Shown: piece by piece, positions 21,427 to 31,837 of the stretch | How the letters are laid out: the number at the start of each line of letters is the position of its first letter | Numbering within the stretch: the first letter of the stretch is position 1 | NCBI GenBank assembly: GCA_947465495.1 | Contig: CANIAS010000005.1 | Coordinates: 8,427 to 72,426, forward strand | Reading direction: 5' to 3' | DNA from: Candidatus Pollutiaquabacter sp. | GTDB taxonomy: Bacteria > Bacteroidota > Bacteroidia > AKYH767-A > 2013-40CM-41-45 | DNA: 64,000 bases | Translations under genes and position numbers: made by a program | Notes under the pieces: generated by a model | Database searches by the model: none | Told to the model about the DNA's origin: nothing | Seen by the model: the letters and a program-made list of their open reading frames with translations, nothing else

Positions 21427-23193
21427 ATGAAAGTCACCCGTTTATTCGAATTCATCCAACACCAGGCCAAGGAGTTTCCTAAGTCTGACGCTTTGGCTGC
21501 AAAAGAAGGTGGAGTTTGGCGATCATATTCGACCGAAGAGTTTATTCAAACCGCCAACAGATTTTCGTTTGGTTTGATGGCACTCGGTGTTCAAGCTGGG
21601 GACAAGATCGTTATCATTTCCCCGAATCGTCCGGAATGGAATTTTGCAGATATTGGAATGATGCAGGTTGGTGTGATTAATGTCCCCATCTATACCACGC
21701 TAAGTGAATCAGAAATTCGTTTTATCCTGAATGATTGCGGGGCACGTATCGTTTTATGCGGAGATGAACAGTTGTATGAAAAAGTCTCGCACGTCCGTCC
21801 AGAAGTTCCATCCATCAACGGAATCTATACATTCGATCGCCTTCCGGGTGCCGTTCATTGGTCTGATATTTTGGAGAAAGGTGATGCTTTTCAGGATCAG
21901 CAAAAACTTAAAGAACGTCGTGCTGCCGTCCGACCAGCCGATTGCGCTACGATTCTATACACCTCAGGAACTACCGGTACTCCGAAAGGTGTAATGCTTT
22001 CGCATTACAACATCGTTTCCAATGTGCTATCGGTTGAACATCTTCCGCCGGTTAATCAAAAGGATAAAGCTCTTAGTTTTCTTCCGCTTTGCCATAGTTA
22101 CGAGCGTGTTTTGACATATCTCTATCAATACCTGGGCGTATCTGTCTACTATGCTGAAAGCATGGAAAAGATTTCCGATAATCTGAAGGAGATTCATCCG
22201 CAAGTTTTTTCAGCCGTACCCCGATTATTGGAAAAGGTGTATGACAAGATTGTCGATAAAGGAAAAGAACTGAAAGGCATCAAGCGTGCTTTGTTTTTTT
22301 GGGCACTTGATCTGGGGCTTCGCTTCGAACTAGATGGGAAAAATGGTTGGTGGTACGAGTTTCAATTGAAACAAGCTCGAAAGATTATTTTTTCAAAATG
22401 GCGGGAAGCACTTGGTGGAAATACCAGAGTCATTGTTAGCGGCGGTGCTGCCTTGCAACCACGCCTAGCTCGGGTGTTCTGGGCAGCAGGTATACCGGTG
22501 TTGGAAGGATATGGCCTTACCGAAACATCTCCTATCATCGCCGTTAATAATTTTGAACCTCACGGAGCTTGCTTCGGAACTGTAGGTCCCGTCATTGACG
22601 GTGTACAAGTCAAGATGGCAGAAGATGGGGAGATTATTTGTAAAGGACCCAATGTGATGATGGGTTATTACAACCGTCCGGACCTAACAGCGGAAGTGAT
22701 CGACGAGGAAGGATGGTTCCACACTGGTGATATTGGTACGTTTGTGCAAAATCGTTTTCTCAAAATTACCGACCGAAAGAAAGAGATTTTCAAAACCTCA
22801 GGTGGAAAATACATTGCCCCTCAGGCCTTGGAGAATAAATTTAAAGAATCACCCTTCATCGAACAGCTAATGGTAGTTGGTGAAAATAAGAAGTTCCCTG
22901 CAGCTATTGTTGTTCCTAACTTTGCTCACTTAATTAAATGGTGCGAGATCAAAGGCATTCCCAATACATCTAACGATGAAATGATTCGACGTCAGGATGT
23001 TGTCGAAAGAATAGCACGCGAAATCGAACAACTGAATAAAGATTTTGGGCAACCTGAGCAGGTAAAGAAATTTGAACTCGTCGCCCATGAATGGACCATC
23101 CAAAGTGGAGAGCTCACAGCTACGTTGAAGTTGCGAAGGAAATTTATTGCAGAAAGATATAAGTCATTGATTGAAAAAATGTATTCAGAATAA
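21427..23193 (+). CDS. fadD: Long-chain-fatty-acid--CoA ligase (AMP-dependent synthetase)
   Basis: AMP-binding motif ILYTSGTTGTPKGV, the GYGLTET motif, TGDIG and the KTSGGKYIAP linker. Start chosen at MKVTRLFEF (ATG at 21427) inside ORF 21343..23193. Confidence 0.88.
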   Translation: MKVTRLFEFIQHQAKEFPKSDALAAKEGGVWRSYSTEEFIQTANRFSFGLMALGVQAGDKIVIISPNRPEWNFADIGMMQVGVINVPIYTTLSESEIRFILNDCGARIVLCGDEQLYEKVSHVRPEVPSINGIYTFDRLPGAVHWSDILEKGDAFQDQQKLKERRAAVRPADCATILYTSGTTGTPKGVMLSHYNIVSNVLSVEHLPPVNQKDKALSFLPLCHSYERVLTYLYQYLGVSVYYAESMEKISDNLKEIHPQVFSAVPRLLEKVYDKIVDKGKELKGIKRALFFWALDLGLRFELDGKNGWWYEFQLKQARKIIFSKWREALGGNTRVIVSGGAALQPRLARVFWAAGIPVLEGYGLTETSPIIAVNNFEPHGACFGTVGPVIDGVQVKMAEDGEIICKGPNVMMGYYNRPDLTAEVIDEEGWFHTGDIGTFVQNRFLKITDRKKEIFKTSGGKYIAPQALENKFKESPFIEQLMVVGENKKFPAAIVVPNFAHLIKWCEIKGIPNTSNDEMIRRQDVVERIAREIEQLNKDFGQPEQVKKFELVAHEWTIQSGELTATLKLRRKFIAERYKSLIEKMYSE

Positions 23194-23223
23194 TTCAGGA
23201 AACACTCGCTGAAGGATCAAACC

Positions 23224-25626
23224 ATGAAAAGGAATATCACCGAAATAGCCGTGCTTGGAAGCGGCATCATGGGTAGCCGTATCGCATGTCATTTTGCGAA
23301 TATCGGGCTACAGGTGGTTCTATTGGATATAGCTCCTGCTACATTGACAGATGCCGAAAAAGCAGCTGGTTTGACATTGAATGATCCAAAAGTGCGAAAC
23401 CGAATCGTGAATGCATCGCTGCAGCAAACATTGAAGGCGTCTCCGTCTCCTGTATTCGAAAAATCAGTTTCCTCCCGAATTCGTACCGGTAATTTCTCGG
23501 ACAACCTTTCTCTAATTGCCACCTGCGATTGGATCGTTGAGGCGGTCATCGAAAGACTCGAAGTGAAACGCCAGGTCTTTGAGCAAGTGGAGCTGTACCG
23601 CAAAAAAGGTTCGCTGGTGACCTCCAATACTTCCGGTATTCCTATTCAACTAATGGCCGAAGGCCGCTCCGAGGATTTTCGAAAGCATTTTTGCGGAGCC
23701 CATTTCTTCAACCCGCCGCGTTATTTGCAGCTGTTGGAGCTGATTCCTGGTCCAGAAACGGAGGAGGAAGTCCTAACGTTCCTGCAAGAATATGGCGACC
23801 GCTTTTTAGGTAAAACTACAGTTCTTTGTAAGGACACTCCAGCCTTTATCGCCAACCGTGTCGGTGTATTTTCCATTCTTTCGTTGTTTCATACTGTTGA
23901 GCAATTTGGTTTGACGGTCGATGAGGTCGATAAATTGACGGGCCCACTTATAGGGCGACCTAAATCAGCCACCTTCCGTACGTGCGATGTGGTAGGATTG
24001 GATACCTTGGTGAAGGTTGCTGCCGATGTTCATGAACGTTGTCCAAACGATGAGGCACGCGACACTTTTCTCTTGCCCGAGTATGTCAAGAAAATGGTCG
24101 ATCGAAATTGGTTCGGTGATAAAACGGGTCAAGGCTTTTATAAGAAAACGAAATTAGAGGGAGGCAAAAGTGAAATTCATTCACTCGATTTCTCCTCGAT
24201 GGAATATAGGCCGAAAGGCAAAACCAGATTTGCTACCCTGGACCAGACCAAGTCGATCGATGACCTTCGTCAACGTTTACCAATACTTTTTAATGGGAAA
24301 GACAAGGCGGGTGAATTCTACCGAGCTTCGTTCTGCCAATTGTTCCAGTATATTTCTTACCGCATTCCAGAGATTGCGGATGATATTGATAAAATTGATG
24401 AAGCTGTATGTGCCGGCTTTGGATGGGAAATTGGACCATTTGCCACGTGGGAATTGCTTGGCGTTTCGCAAGTAGTAAAAGTAATGGAGTCATTCAATTG
24501 TAAGCCGGCTTCATGGGTCTACGAATTGCTTTCGGAGGGCTTCACTTCCTTTTTTGGATATACCGCTGGAAGCCGCAAGTATTTCGACATCACCTCTAAG
24601 ACGATGAAGGCTACTTCCGGAGTGCCCGGGTGTATAATGCTCGATGCCTTTCGTGACAAAACAGTTTGGCAAAACAGCGGTTGTCGACTTATTGATATTG
24701 GCGATGGGGTGTTGAATTTAGAGTTTCGCACCAAGATGAATACCATGGGCGGTGAAGTGATTCAAGGCGTTACTACTGCTATTGAAATTGCTGAAAAGGA
24801 ATTCCGTGGATTGGTCATTGCCAATGAAGGGCAGAATTTTTCAGCAGGTGCTAACCTGGCGATGATTTTCATGATGGCCACCGAGCAGGAATTCGATGAG
24901 ATCGATATGGCCGTGCGAGTATTTCAGAACATGAATATGCGCGTGCGTTATTCGGATGTGCCGGTTGTGGTTGCGCCTCATGGATTGACATTGGGTGGTG
25001 GATGCGAGATGACGTTGCATGCTGATAAAGTAGTGGCATCAGCCGAGACTTATACCGGATTGGTAGAGTTTGGTGTCGGATTGATTCCTGGAGGTGGCGG
25101 TTCGAAAGAATTCGCCCTGCGTGCTTCCGAGAGTTTTGTGGAAGGAACAATCGACGAGCAAACTTTGCGCGACTATTACTTGACCATAGCAATGGCTAAA
25201 GTCTCCACCTCAGCGCAAGAAGCTTTCTCGTTGCACATTTTGAAAAACGGTCGCGATGCTATTGTGATGAATCCTCGCCGGCGAATTTCTGAAGCAAAAG
25301 CGGCGGTTCTCCGATTGTCTGAAGCGGGCTACCAGCGTCCAACACTGCGTCGCAATATCAAGGTGCTCGGTCGTAGCGCTCTCGGTATGTTTTATGCCGG
25401 CGCAAATGCCATGACATCCGGTCATTTTATCAGTGAGCACGACCGCCTGATCTCTAAAAAACTCGCATGGGTGCTATGCGGAGGTGATCTTAGCAGTTCG
25501 TCCTTGGTTTCAGAACAGTATTTATTAGACCTGGAGCGCGAGGCGTTCCTCTCCTTGTGCGGGGAGCGTAAAACGTTGGAGCGCATACAAAGCATTCTGA
25601 CCACCGGAAAAATACTTAGAAACTAA
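23224..25626 (+). CDS. Fused 3-hydroxyacyl-CoA dehydrogenase / enoyl-CoA hydratase (multifunctional FadB/FadJ type)
   Basis: 800 aa. N-terminal Rossmann motif AVLGSGIMGSRIACHFANIGLQVVLLD (3HCDH), a middle 3HCDH C-domain, and a C-terminal crotonase fold (ANEGQNFSAGANL). Confidence 0.85.
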   Translation: MKRNITEIAVLGSGIMGSRIACHFANIGLQVVLLDIAPATLTDAEKAAGLTLNDPKVRNRIVNASLQQTLKASPSPVFEKSVSSRIRTGNFSDNLSLIATCDWIVEAVIERLEVKRQVFEQVELYRKKGSLVTSNTSGIPIQLMAEGRSEDFRKHFCGAHFFNPPRYLQLLELIPGPETEEEVLTFLQEYGDRFLGKTTVLCKDTPAFIANRVGVFSILSLFHTVEQFGLTVDEVDKLTGPLIGRPKSATFRTCDVVGLDTLVKVAADVHERCPNDEARDTFLLPEYVKKMVDRNWFGDKTGQGFYKKTKLEGGKSEIHSLDFSSMEYRPKGKTRFATLDQTKSIDDLRQRLPILFNGKDKAGEFYRASFCQLFQYISYRIPEIADDIDKIDEAVCAGFGWEIGPFATWELLGVSQVVKVMESFNCKPASWVYELLSEGFTSFFGYTAGSRKYFDITSKTMKATSGVPGCIMLDAFRDKTVWQNSGCRLIDIGDGVLNLEFRTKMNTMGGEVIQGVTTAIEIAEKEFRGLVIANEGQNFSAGANLAMIFMMATEQEFDEIDMAVRVFQNMNMRVRYSDVPVVVAPHGLTLGGGCEMTLHADKVVASAETYTGLVEFGVGLIPGGGGSKEFALRASESFVEGTIDEQTLRDYYLTIAMAKVSTSAQEAFSLHILKNGRDAIVMNPRRRISEAKAAVLRLSEAGYQRPTLRRNIKVLGRSALGMFYAGANAMTSGHFISEHDRLISKKLAWVLCGGDLSSSSLVSEQYLLDLEREAFLSLCGERKTLERIQSILTTGKILRN

Positions 25627-25662
25627 AAAAATTAATACACTTCATAACCACTATACATACAT

Positions 25663-26328
25663 TTGCGAATCATGAAACGTAAACACCTAAAGAATGTCCT
25701 CCTTCTTTTTCTGCTGGCAACCTTCCAGTACAACGCTGCAATTGCACAGGTGACTGAAGAAAAACCGAAGTATGCTCCAGGAAAAGAAAAACATCGAAAC
25801 AAGACCGATGAAATTGGTCGCCGTCAGGGATTGTGGATTATCTACAACTCCTTTGGTGAAAAAGTATCGGAAACGGAATACGTGAACGACAAAAAAGAAG
25901 GTGTCGATCGTAAATTTTATGGCTACGATAAGGTCCGCGAAGAAACTGAATTTCTTGCCGGCGTAAAAGATGGTCAATACACCAAGTATTACTTTTCCGG
26001 TCAAGCCATGATGGAAGGTGCTTACAAAGATGGTAAGAAAGATGGTAAATGGACTAAGTATTTTGAAGATGGTACCATTCGTCAACAAGGCGAATACAAA
26101 AAAGGTCTACGTGACGGTGTATGGAAAACCTATAATCGAAAAGGAGCCACCATTTCAGAAGGTACATTCAAAGATGGTGTTGATGCTGCAGTCATAGAAG
26201 ACCAGAAAAAGAAAGCGGATGATGCTAAAAAAGCCGCTGATAAAAAAGCCGCCGGTGCCAAAGGTGGTCCAGTGCCTCCAGGCACAAAGCCAGGTGCAGC
26301 ACCTGCGGACACTACCAAGAAAAAGTAA
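25663..26328 (+). CDS. MORN-repeat-variant (YwqK-like) secreted protein with a Lys/Ala/Pro-rich low-complexity tail
   Basis: Signal peptide, then repeated ~23-aa units of the G-W-x-Y-x-x-G type (GLWIIYNSFGE, GQYTKYYFSGQ, GKWTKYFEDGT, GVWKTYNRKGA). C-terminal KKKADDAKKAADKKAAGAKGGPVPPGTKPGAAPADTTKKK. Confidence 0.6.
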   Translation: MRIMKRKHLKNVLLLFLLATFQYNAAIAQVTEEKPKYAPGKEKHRNKTDEIGRRQGLWIIYNSFGEKVSETEYVNDKKEGVDRKFYGYDKVREETEFLAGVKDGQYTKYYFSGQAMMEGAYKDGKKDGKWTKYFEDGTIRQQGEYKKGLRDGVWKTYNRKGATISEGTFKDGVDAAVIEDQKKKADDAKKAADKKAAGAKGGPVPPGTKPGAAPADTTKKK

Positions 26329-26343
26329 TTATAATTTCTAGTT

Positions 26344-27519
26344 ATGGAAGCATACATCGTAGCCGGTTTCAGGTCTGCAGTCGGAAAAGCACCAAAAGGT
26401 GTCTTTAAGACCATGCGTCCGGACGACCTTGGTGCTGATATTCTTCGTCATTTAATAGCTGCTGTCCCTTCGCTGGATAAAGCACTCATTGAGGACGTGA
26501 TAGTAGGAAATGCTACTCCCGAAGCAGAGCAGGGCTTAAACATGGGAAGGATGATTTCCCTCATGGGACTTGATACCTATAAGGTGCCGGGGATGACTGT
26601 CAACCGGTATTGTGCCTCCGGATTAGAAACGATCGCCATTGCTGCGGCTAAGATAAAAGCCGGATTTGCGGAATGTATTGTTGCCGGCGGAGTAGAGTGC
26701 ATGTCTCCGATTCCTTTTGGTGGATGGAAAATCGTTCCAAATTATAAGTACGTTCAATCCAATCCCGATTATTATTGGGGAATGGGACTCACGGCCGAAG
26801 CTGTTGCACGTGAGTATAATGTCTCCCGCGAGGATCAAGACCGATTCAGTTTTGAATCACATCGTAAAGCAGTTGCAGCTATCAAGGAAGGGCGGTTCAA
26901 AGAGGATATCGTTCCGGTTAAAGTTACAGAAGTGTACATGGACGCTGACGCAAAACGCGTTTCCCGCGAGTTTATCGTCGATACCGATGAAGGCCCTCGT
27001 GCAGATACCTCGCTCGAAAAAATGGCAACCCTTAAGCCCGTGTTTGATGCGAAGGGCTCCGTAACCGCAGCAAACTCCTCACAGACCAGTGATGGTGCTG
27101 CGTTTGTGCTGGTAGTCAGCGAACGAATGCTAAAACTCTTGAATGTGTCTCCGGTTGCCAGGTTTGTTGGGTTTTCGGTCGCTGGTGTAGAACCTCGAAT
27201 TATGGGTATTGGTCCGGTGGAAGCAATCCCAGCTGTCTTGAAAAAAACAGGAATTCATAAAGATCAGATTGATCTTATTGAACTCAACGAAGCATTCGCG
27301 TCACAATCCTTGGCAGTGATGCGTGCTCTTGATCTTGACCCTGCTAAAGTCAATGTAAATGGAGGTGCAATAGCTTTGGGTCATCCGCTGGGTTGTACTG
27401 GTTCGAAATTGACGGTTCAAGTACTCAATGAGTTAAAACGCAGAAAGCAACGGTACGGAATGGTTACGATGTGTGTGGGTACTGGCCAAGGTGCAGCCGG
27501 TATCTTTGAGCGTTTATAA
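26344..27519 (+). CDS. fadA: Acetyl-CoA C-acyltransferase (3-ketoacyl-CoA thiolase)
   Basis: 391 aa. Thiolase active-site regions NRYCASGLETI, NGGAIALGHPLGCTGSKL and the MCVGTGQGAA terminus. Confidence 0.9.
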   Translation: MEAYIVAGFRSAVGKAPKGVFKTMRPDDLGADILRHLIAAVPSLDKALIEDVIVGNATPEAEQGLNMGRMISLMGLDTYKVPGMTVNRYCASGLETIAIAAAKIKAGFAECIVAGGVECMSPIPFGGWKIVPNYKYVQSNPDYYWGMGLTAEAVAREYNVSREDQDRFSFESHRKAVAAIKEGRFKEDIVPVKVTEVYMDADAKRVSREFIVDTDEGPRADTSLEKMATLKPVFDAKGSVTAANSSQTSDGAAFVLVVSERMLKLLNVSPVARFVGFSVAGVEPRIMGIGPVEAIPAVLKKTGIHKDQIDLIELNEAFASQSLAVMRALDLDPAKVNVNGGAIALGHPLGCTGSKLTVQVLNELKRRKQRYGMVTMCVGTGQGAAGIFERL

Positions 27520-27544
27520 GCGATTATTCCCTTAGTCTCTTCGT

Positions 27545-29338
27545 ATGAAAATTAACCTGAAAAAAGGATCGCTGCTAACTGCGATCGCTTTGCTTTTAGT
27601 GTCCTGCATCACAAAACAGCAAGACACGCCGCGTCAACATACTGCCGGATTGGATTCGTTGTTTGATCACTATTACAACGATCGGATGCGACTCTTTCCA
27701 CTAGAGGCAACAGAGAACGGTGTAAATGATTATAACGATCGCCTATTTGCAGATTTTACAGATAGTTATCGGGCGACGCTCCGTGATTTTTACGAAGATT
27801 ATCTGCAACGTTTGAGGCAGTTTCCTGATAGCATCTTGAATCAAACAGATCGTTCCAATGTGGCTATTCTTCGGTGGGAATTGGAATTGGGTCGCCAAGG
27901 CTGCGTACTTCCCATTAATCGGATGCCGCTCGACCAGTTCTGGGGGCTTCACCTTAAAATGGGTCAATATGGTTCTGGACAAGGTATGCAGCCCTTCAAG
28001 TCAGTCACAGATTACGATAATTGGTTGAAGAGATTGTCCGCTTTCTCAGTTTGGACAGACAGTGCTATCGTTTATTTCAAAAAAGGAATGGCAGAACATA
28101 TCGTGTTGCCACAAGCGTTGGTGTTAAAAGTCATTCCACAACTGGAGGCGATGGTAACCGCTATTCCGGATAGCAATGTCTATTTTGGACCTGTACGAAT
28201 GATGCCGGATTCTTTTTCAGCCGATGAACGGCTTCGACTTACAGCAGAGTATCGTTCAGCTATCACCAATAAGGTAGTATCCGCTCATCGCCGCATGGCT
28301 GATTTCTTGAAGAAAGAATACTTGCCGGTAGCACGAACGTCTCATGGATACGCTAACCTTCCTCAAGGGGAAGAAATGTATGCGTACTATGTAAAACTTT
28401 GGACCACCACGGAGTTGTCTCCAGACTCTATTTATTCCATTGGGTTGTCGGAAGTCAAAGCTATCCGGGATGAAATGGAACGAGTAAAGGAGAAGGTTGG
28501 TTTTAAAGGCGACTTGCCTTCCTTCTTTAAATTCCTGTATGAAGACCCTAAATTTTTCCCCTTCAAAACGTCAGAAGAGGTGTTAAACGCCTTTCGTTCT
28601 ATTGAACGTACAATTCAGCCTAATGTCAATAAAATCTTTACGGTCTTTCCGAAAATTCCCTTCGAAATACGACAAACCGAAGCCTTCCGAGAGGCTAGTG
28701 GTAGCGCAGAGTACATCTCGTCACCCGATGGTATCAAGCCTGGAATTTTTTATGTGCCCATTCCGGATCCCAAGAAGTTCAATACCGCTGGTATGGAAAG
28801 CTTGTTCTTGCACGAAGCAATTCCTGGCCATCATTTCCAGACAAGTCTACAGCTAGAAAATACCGAACTTCCTGAGTTTCGCAAACACATCTGGACATAT
28901 GGTCCGTACGTGGAAGGTTGGGCTTTGTATAGCGAAACGTTGGGGAAAGACCTCGGCTTGTATAAAGATCCTTATCAGTATTTCACCGCCTTGGGCGAGC
29001 AGATGTTGCGTGCCGTTCGTTTAGTAATGGATGTGGGGATTCATCATCGTGGAATGACGCGTGAAGCAGCCATTGCATACATGATGGATAATTATCCAAC
29101 TACCATGGATTATGCAGTTTCTGAAACGGAACGCTACATGGCAATTCCTGGTCAGGCATTGGGTTATCGAATCGGCGTCATCCGTATAAAGGCCATGCGC
29201 GCCAAGTATGAAAAACAGTTAGGGGCTAAGTTTTCGTTAGCATCATTTCATGACAAATTCCTCGCGCTGGGCAGTATGCCCATCGACTTGGTCGAGCAGG
29301 AGATGGATCGTTGGGCGAATGAAGTGGCAGCAAAGTGA
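27545..29338 (+). CDS. DUF885 family protein (putative periplasmic lipoprotein / metallopeptidase-like)
   Basis: Lipoprotein-type signal (LLLVSCITKQ). The central HEAIPGHHFQ motif is characteristic of the DUF885 family. Length 597 aa. Confidence 0.65.
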   Translation: MKINLKKGSLLTAIALLLVSCITKQQDTPRQHTAGLDSLFDHYYNDRMRLFPLEATENGVNDYNDRLFADFTDSYRATLRDFYEDYLQRLRQFPDSILNQTDRSNVAILRWELELGRQGCVLPINRMPLDQFWGLHLKMGQYGSGQGMQPFKSVTDYDNWLKRLSAFSVWTDSAIVYFKKGMAEHIVLPQALVLKVIPQLEAMVTAIPDSNVYFGPVRMMPDSFSADERLRLTAEYRSAITNKVVSAHRRMADFLKKEYLPVARTSHGYANLPQGEEMYAYYVKLWTTTELSPDSIYSIGLSEVKAIRDEMERVKEKVGFKGDLPSFFKFLYEDPKFFPFKTSEEVLNAFRSIERTIQPNVNKIFTVFPKIPFEIRQTEAFREASGSAEYISSPDGIKPGIFYVPIPDPKKFNTAGMESLFLHEAIPGHHFQTSLQLENTELPEFRKHIWTYGPYVEGWALYSETLGKDLGLYKDPYQYFTALGEQMLRAVRLVMDVGIHHRGMTREAAIAYMMDNYPTTMDYAVSETERYMAIPGQALGYRIGVIRIKAMRAKYEKQLGAKFSLASFHDKFLALGSMPIDLVEQEMDRWANEVAAK

Positions 29339-29395
29339 TTCGCGAATGCTAGTAAACCCATGGTTAACGATCTGTTCGCTCCCTATGTTTTCAAC

Positions 29396-29415
29396 GCGCA
29401 GTATGGAGTCTGCGC
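29396..29415 (+). terminator. Possible intrinsic terminator hairpin after the DUF885 gene
   Basis: GCGCAG-tatggagt-CTGCGC stem-loop followed by the T-rich tract atattttcattattt. It lies 58 nt past the stop codon. Confidence 0.3.
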
Positions 29416-29508
29416 ATATTTTCATTATTTAACCATTGAATATGATTAAATTCAGTAATTGGATTGACTGACTGCACTACCTTAGATATTTAACTATTCA
29501 TTTATCCC

Positions 29509-31302
29509 ATGTCTCCATTAACATCCTCCGATGCTGCCAAAGGCGGCGAATTTTTAATCAAGTCAACCGACGCTCATTCGGTCTTCATTCCTGAAGAACG
29601 ATCCGAAGAGCAGCAAATGATTGCACAAACATGCAGTGATTTTCTGGATCACGAAGTACATCCAATCCTGGATCGCATCGATCAGCAAGAGGAAGGGTTG
29701 ATGCAGTCCATTCTTGATAAAGCCGGCGAATTAGGTCTATTGGGAATTTCTATTCCAGAGGAGTATGGTGGCTTTGGAAAAGACTTTACCACTAGCATGA
29801 TTGCTACAGAAGCGCTTGGTGCAGGGCATTCATTTTCGGTTGCCTATGCTGCGCATACAGGCATTGGTACTCTTCCCATCTTGTTTTATGCAAACGATGA
29901 TCAAAAACAGAAATACCTCCCTAAGTTAACTTCGGGTGAATGGAAGGCAGCGTATTGTCTAACTGAGCCAGGTTCAGGGTCGGATGCAAATTCTGGTAAG
30001 ACCAAAGCAGTCCTTTCAGCGGATGGTAAGCATTACCTCATCAACGGACAAAAGATGTGGATTACCAACGGGGGATTCGCTGATGTGTATATTGTTTTTG
30101 CCAAAATCGACAGCGACGCGAACTTAAGTGCTTTCATTGTTGAGCGAGCATTCCCTGGAATTACCTTGAATCCGGAAGAGCATAAGATGGGAATCAAAGG
30201 TAGCTCGACACGGCAGATATTTTTCACCGATTGCCAGGTCCCGGTGGAGAATTTACTGAGTGATCGAGGTAACGGATTTAAAATCGCCGTTAATATTTTA
30301 AACCTCGGTCGCATAAAATTAGCCGGCGCGGCATTGGGTGGATCCAAACGGGTTGCAACTCTTTCTGTTCGCTATGCCAACGAACGTCAGCAATTTGGGC
30401 GTTCGATTTCTAAATACGGCGCTATCCGTCATAAACTGGCTGAACAGGCCATTCGGATCTATGCCTGCGAATCAGCGACCTATCGTTGCAGTCAGAACAT
30501 TGAAGATGCAATCAATGCTTTGAAAGCAACTGGAATGGATGCTGCCAAGGCCAAGTTAAAAGGAGTAGAGCAGTTTGCCGTGGAAGCTGCTATCCTCAAG
30601 GTTCATGGCAGCGAAGTGTTGGATTATGTCACGGATGAAGGTGTTCAGATTTATGGTGGTATGGGTTATAGCGCGGAGGCTCCTATGGATCGTTCCTACC
30701 GTGATTCTCGCATCAACCGTATTTTTGAAGGTACTAATGAAATCAACCGTATGTTGACCGTTGATATGATGCTAAAACGCGCTATGAAGGGCGAACTTGA
30801 TCTCATCGGACCCGCCACGGCAGTCGCTCAACAAATGTTACAAATCCCTGATTTTGGGAATGGCTCTGATGCATTATTTGATGCGGAAAAAAGGGCAATT
30901 GCCAATTTTAAGAATGCAGTATTGCTGGTTGCCGGGTCGGCAGTGCAGAAGCTCATGATGCAATTGTCCAAAGAACAAGAGGTGTTAATGTCCATCGCTG
31001 ATATGTTGATTGATGTTTATGTGATGGAATCGTTGCAGCTTCGGGTTGAAAAGCTCGTAGGAATGCGAGGCGTAGAAGCCTGCAGTGCTCAGCTTGACAT
31101 CATGCGTACTTATCTTTATGATGCCGCTGATAGATTACATAAATCCGGAAAGGATGCTATCAACGGATTCGCCGAAGGCGATGAACAACGAATGTTACTT
31201 ATGGGAATCAAACGCTACACGAAAGTTTCGCCATTCAATGCTAAAGAAGCTCGCCGGCGGATCGCCGAAAAGTTGATTGCGGCAGATAAATACTGTTTTT
31301 AA
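29509..31302 (+). CDS. Acyl-CoA dehydrogenase (long-chain, FadE-like)
   Basis: 597 aa. ACAD motifs AYCLTEPGSGSDA, GQKMWITNGG and the C-terminal IYGGMGYS/EGTNEI catalytic region. Confidence 0.88.
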   Translation: MSPLTSSDAAKGGEFLIKSTDAHSVFIPEERSEEQQMIAQTCSDFLDHEVHPILDRIDQQEEGLMQSILDKAGELGLLGISIPEEYGGFGKDFTTSMIATEALGAGHSFSVAYAAHTGIGTLPILFYANDDQKQKYLPKLTSGEWKAAYCLTEPGSGSDANSGKTKAVLSADGKHYLINGQKMWITNGGFADVYIVFAKIDSDANLSAFIVERAFPGITLNPEEHKMGIKGSSTRQIFFTDCQVPVENLLSDRGNGFKIAVNILNLGRIKLAGAALGGSKRVATLSVRYANERQQFGRSISKYGAIRHKLAEQAIRIYACESATYRCSQNIEDAINALKATGMDAAKAKLKGVEQFAVEAAILKVHGSEVLDYVTDEGVQIYGGMGYSAEAPMDRSYRDSRINRIFEGTNEINRMLTVDMMLKRAMKGELDLIGPATAVAQQMLQIPDFGNGSDALFDAEKRAIANFKNAVLLVAGSAVQKLMMQLSKEQEVLMSIADMLIDVYVMESLQLRVEKLVGMRGVEACSAQLDIMRTYLYDAADRLHKSGKDAINGFAEGDEQRMLLMGIKRYTKVSPFNAKEARRRIAEKLIAADKYCF

Positions 31303-31352
31303 TCATTTTTGAGTTATTGTTTGACAGGATAAGGATTGGTAACTTTGAGATT

Positions 31353-31778
31353 ATGAAAATCAGCTGCAGAAAATTCCTGTCCATCTTTATGGTGCTGACG
31401 CTGCTGTTGGCCACCAATGGAGTGGTGTTGATAGTTCATACATGTTTGGTTTCTAATACAACCGATGTAAGTCTGTTTCAGAAAAATGGATGCTGCGGCG
31501 GGGAAGAATTTCCTTGCGGAACCTCTGCTGAAAAATCCTTTTTAAAAGACAAGTGTTGTGACTTAAAAGTTACCTACTCAAAAATTGAGTCACCAGGCTC
31601 CTTAACTATTGAATTTAATGGAGATGTTTTTAAACAAGTGATTTGCTGTGATTTCAAGTTGAAGCAGTGGTCGTGTGTTGAGCCTTTCATGCTAGCTAAA
31701 GTATTGCATCCTCCACCATCGATACATACTGCTGCACACCCAGATTTTATTTATACTGCCGGATCACTGCTGATTTGA
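31353..31778 (+). CDS. Small Cys-rich membrane protein (possible HYC_CC_PP-like family) adjacent to a TonB-dependent receptor
   Basis: One N-terminal TM helix (FLSIFMVLTLLLATNGVVLIV) followed by HTC, three CC pairs (GCCGG, KCCDLK, ICCDF) and HPPPSIH. Start taken at MKISCRKF inside ORF 31317..31778. The family name is recalled, not verified. Confidence 0.35.
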   Translation: MKISCRKFLSIFMVLTLLLATNGVVLIVHTCLVSNTTDVSLFQKNGCCGGEEFPCGTSAEKSFLKDKCCDLKVTYSKIESPGSLTIEFNGDVFKQVICCDFKLKQWSCVEPFMLAKVLHPPPSIHTAAHPDFIYTAGSLLI

Positions 31779-31837
31779 TGATAGGTTGCTGATTTTTTTG
31801 GAGTCTTATTTATTCCATTCAGTCAATCTTATTTATC

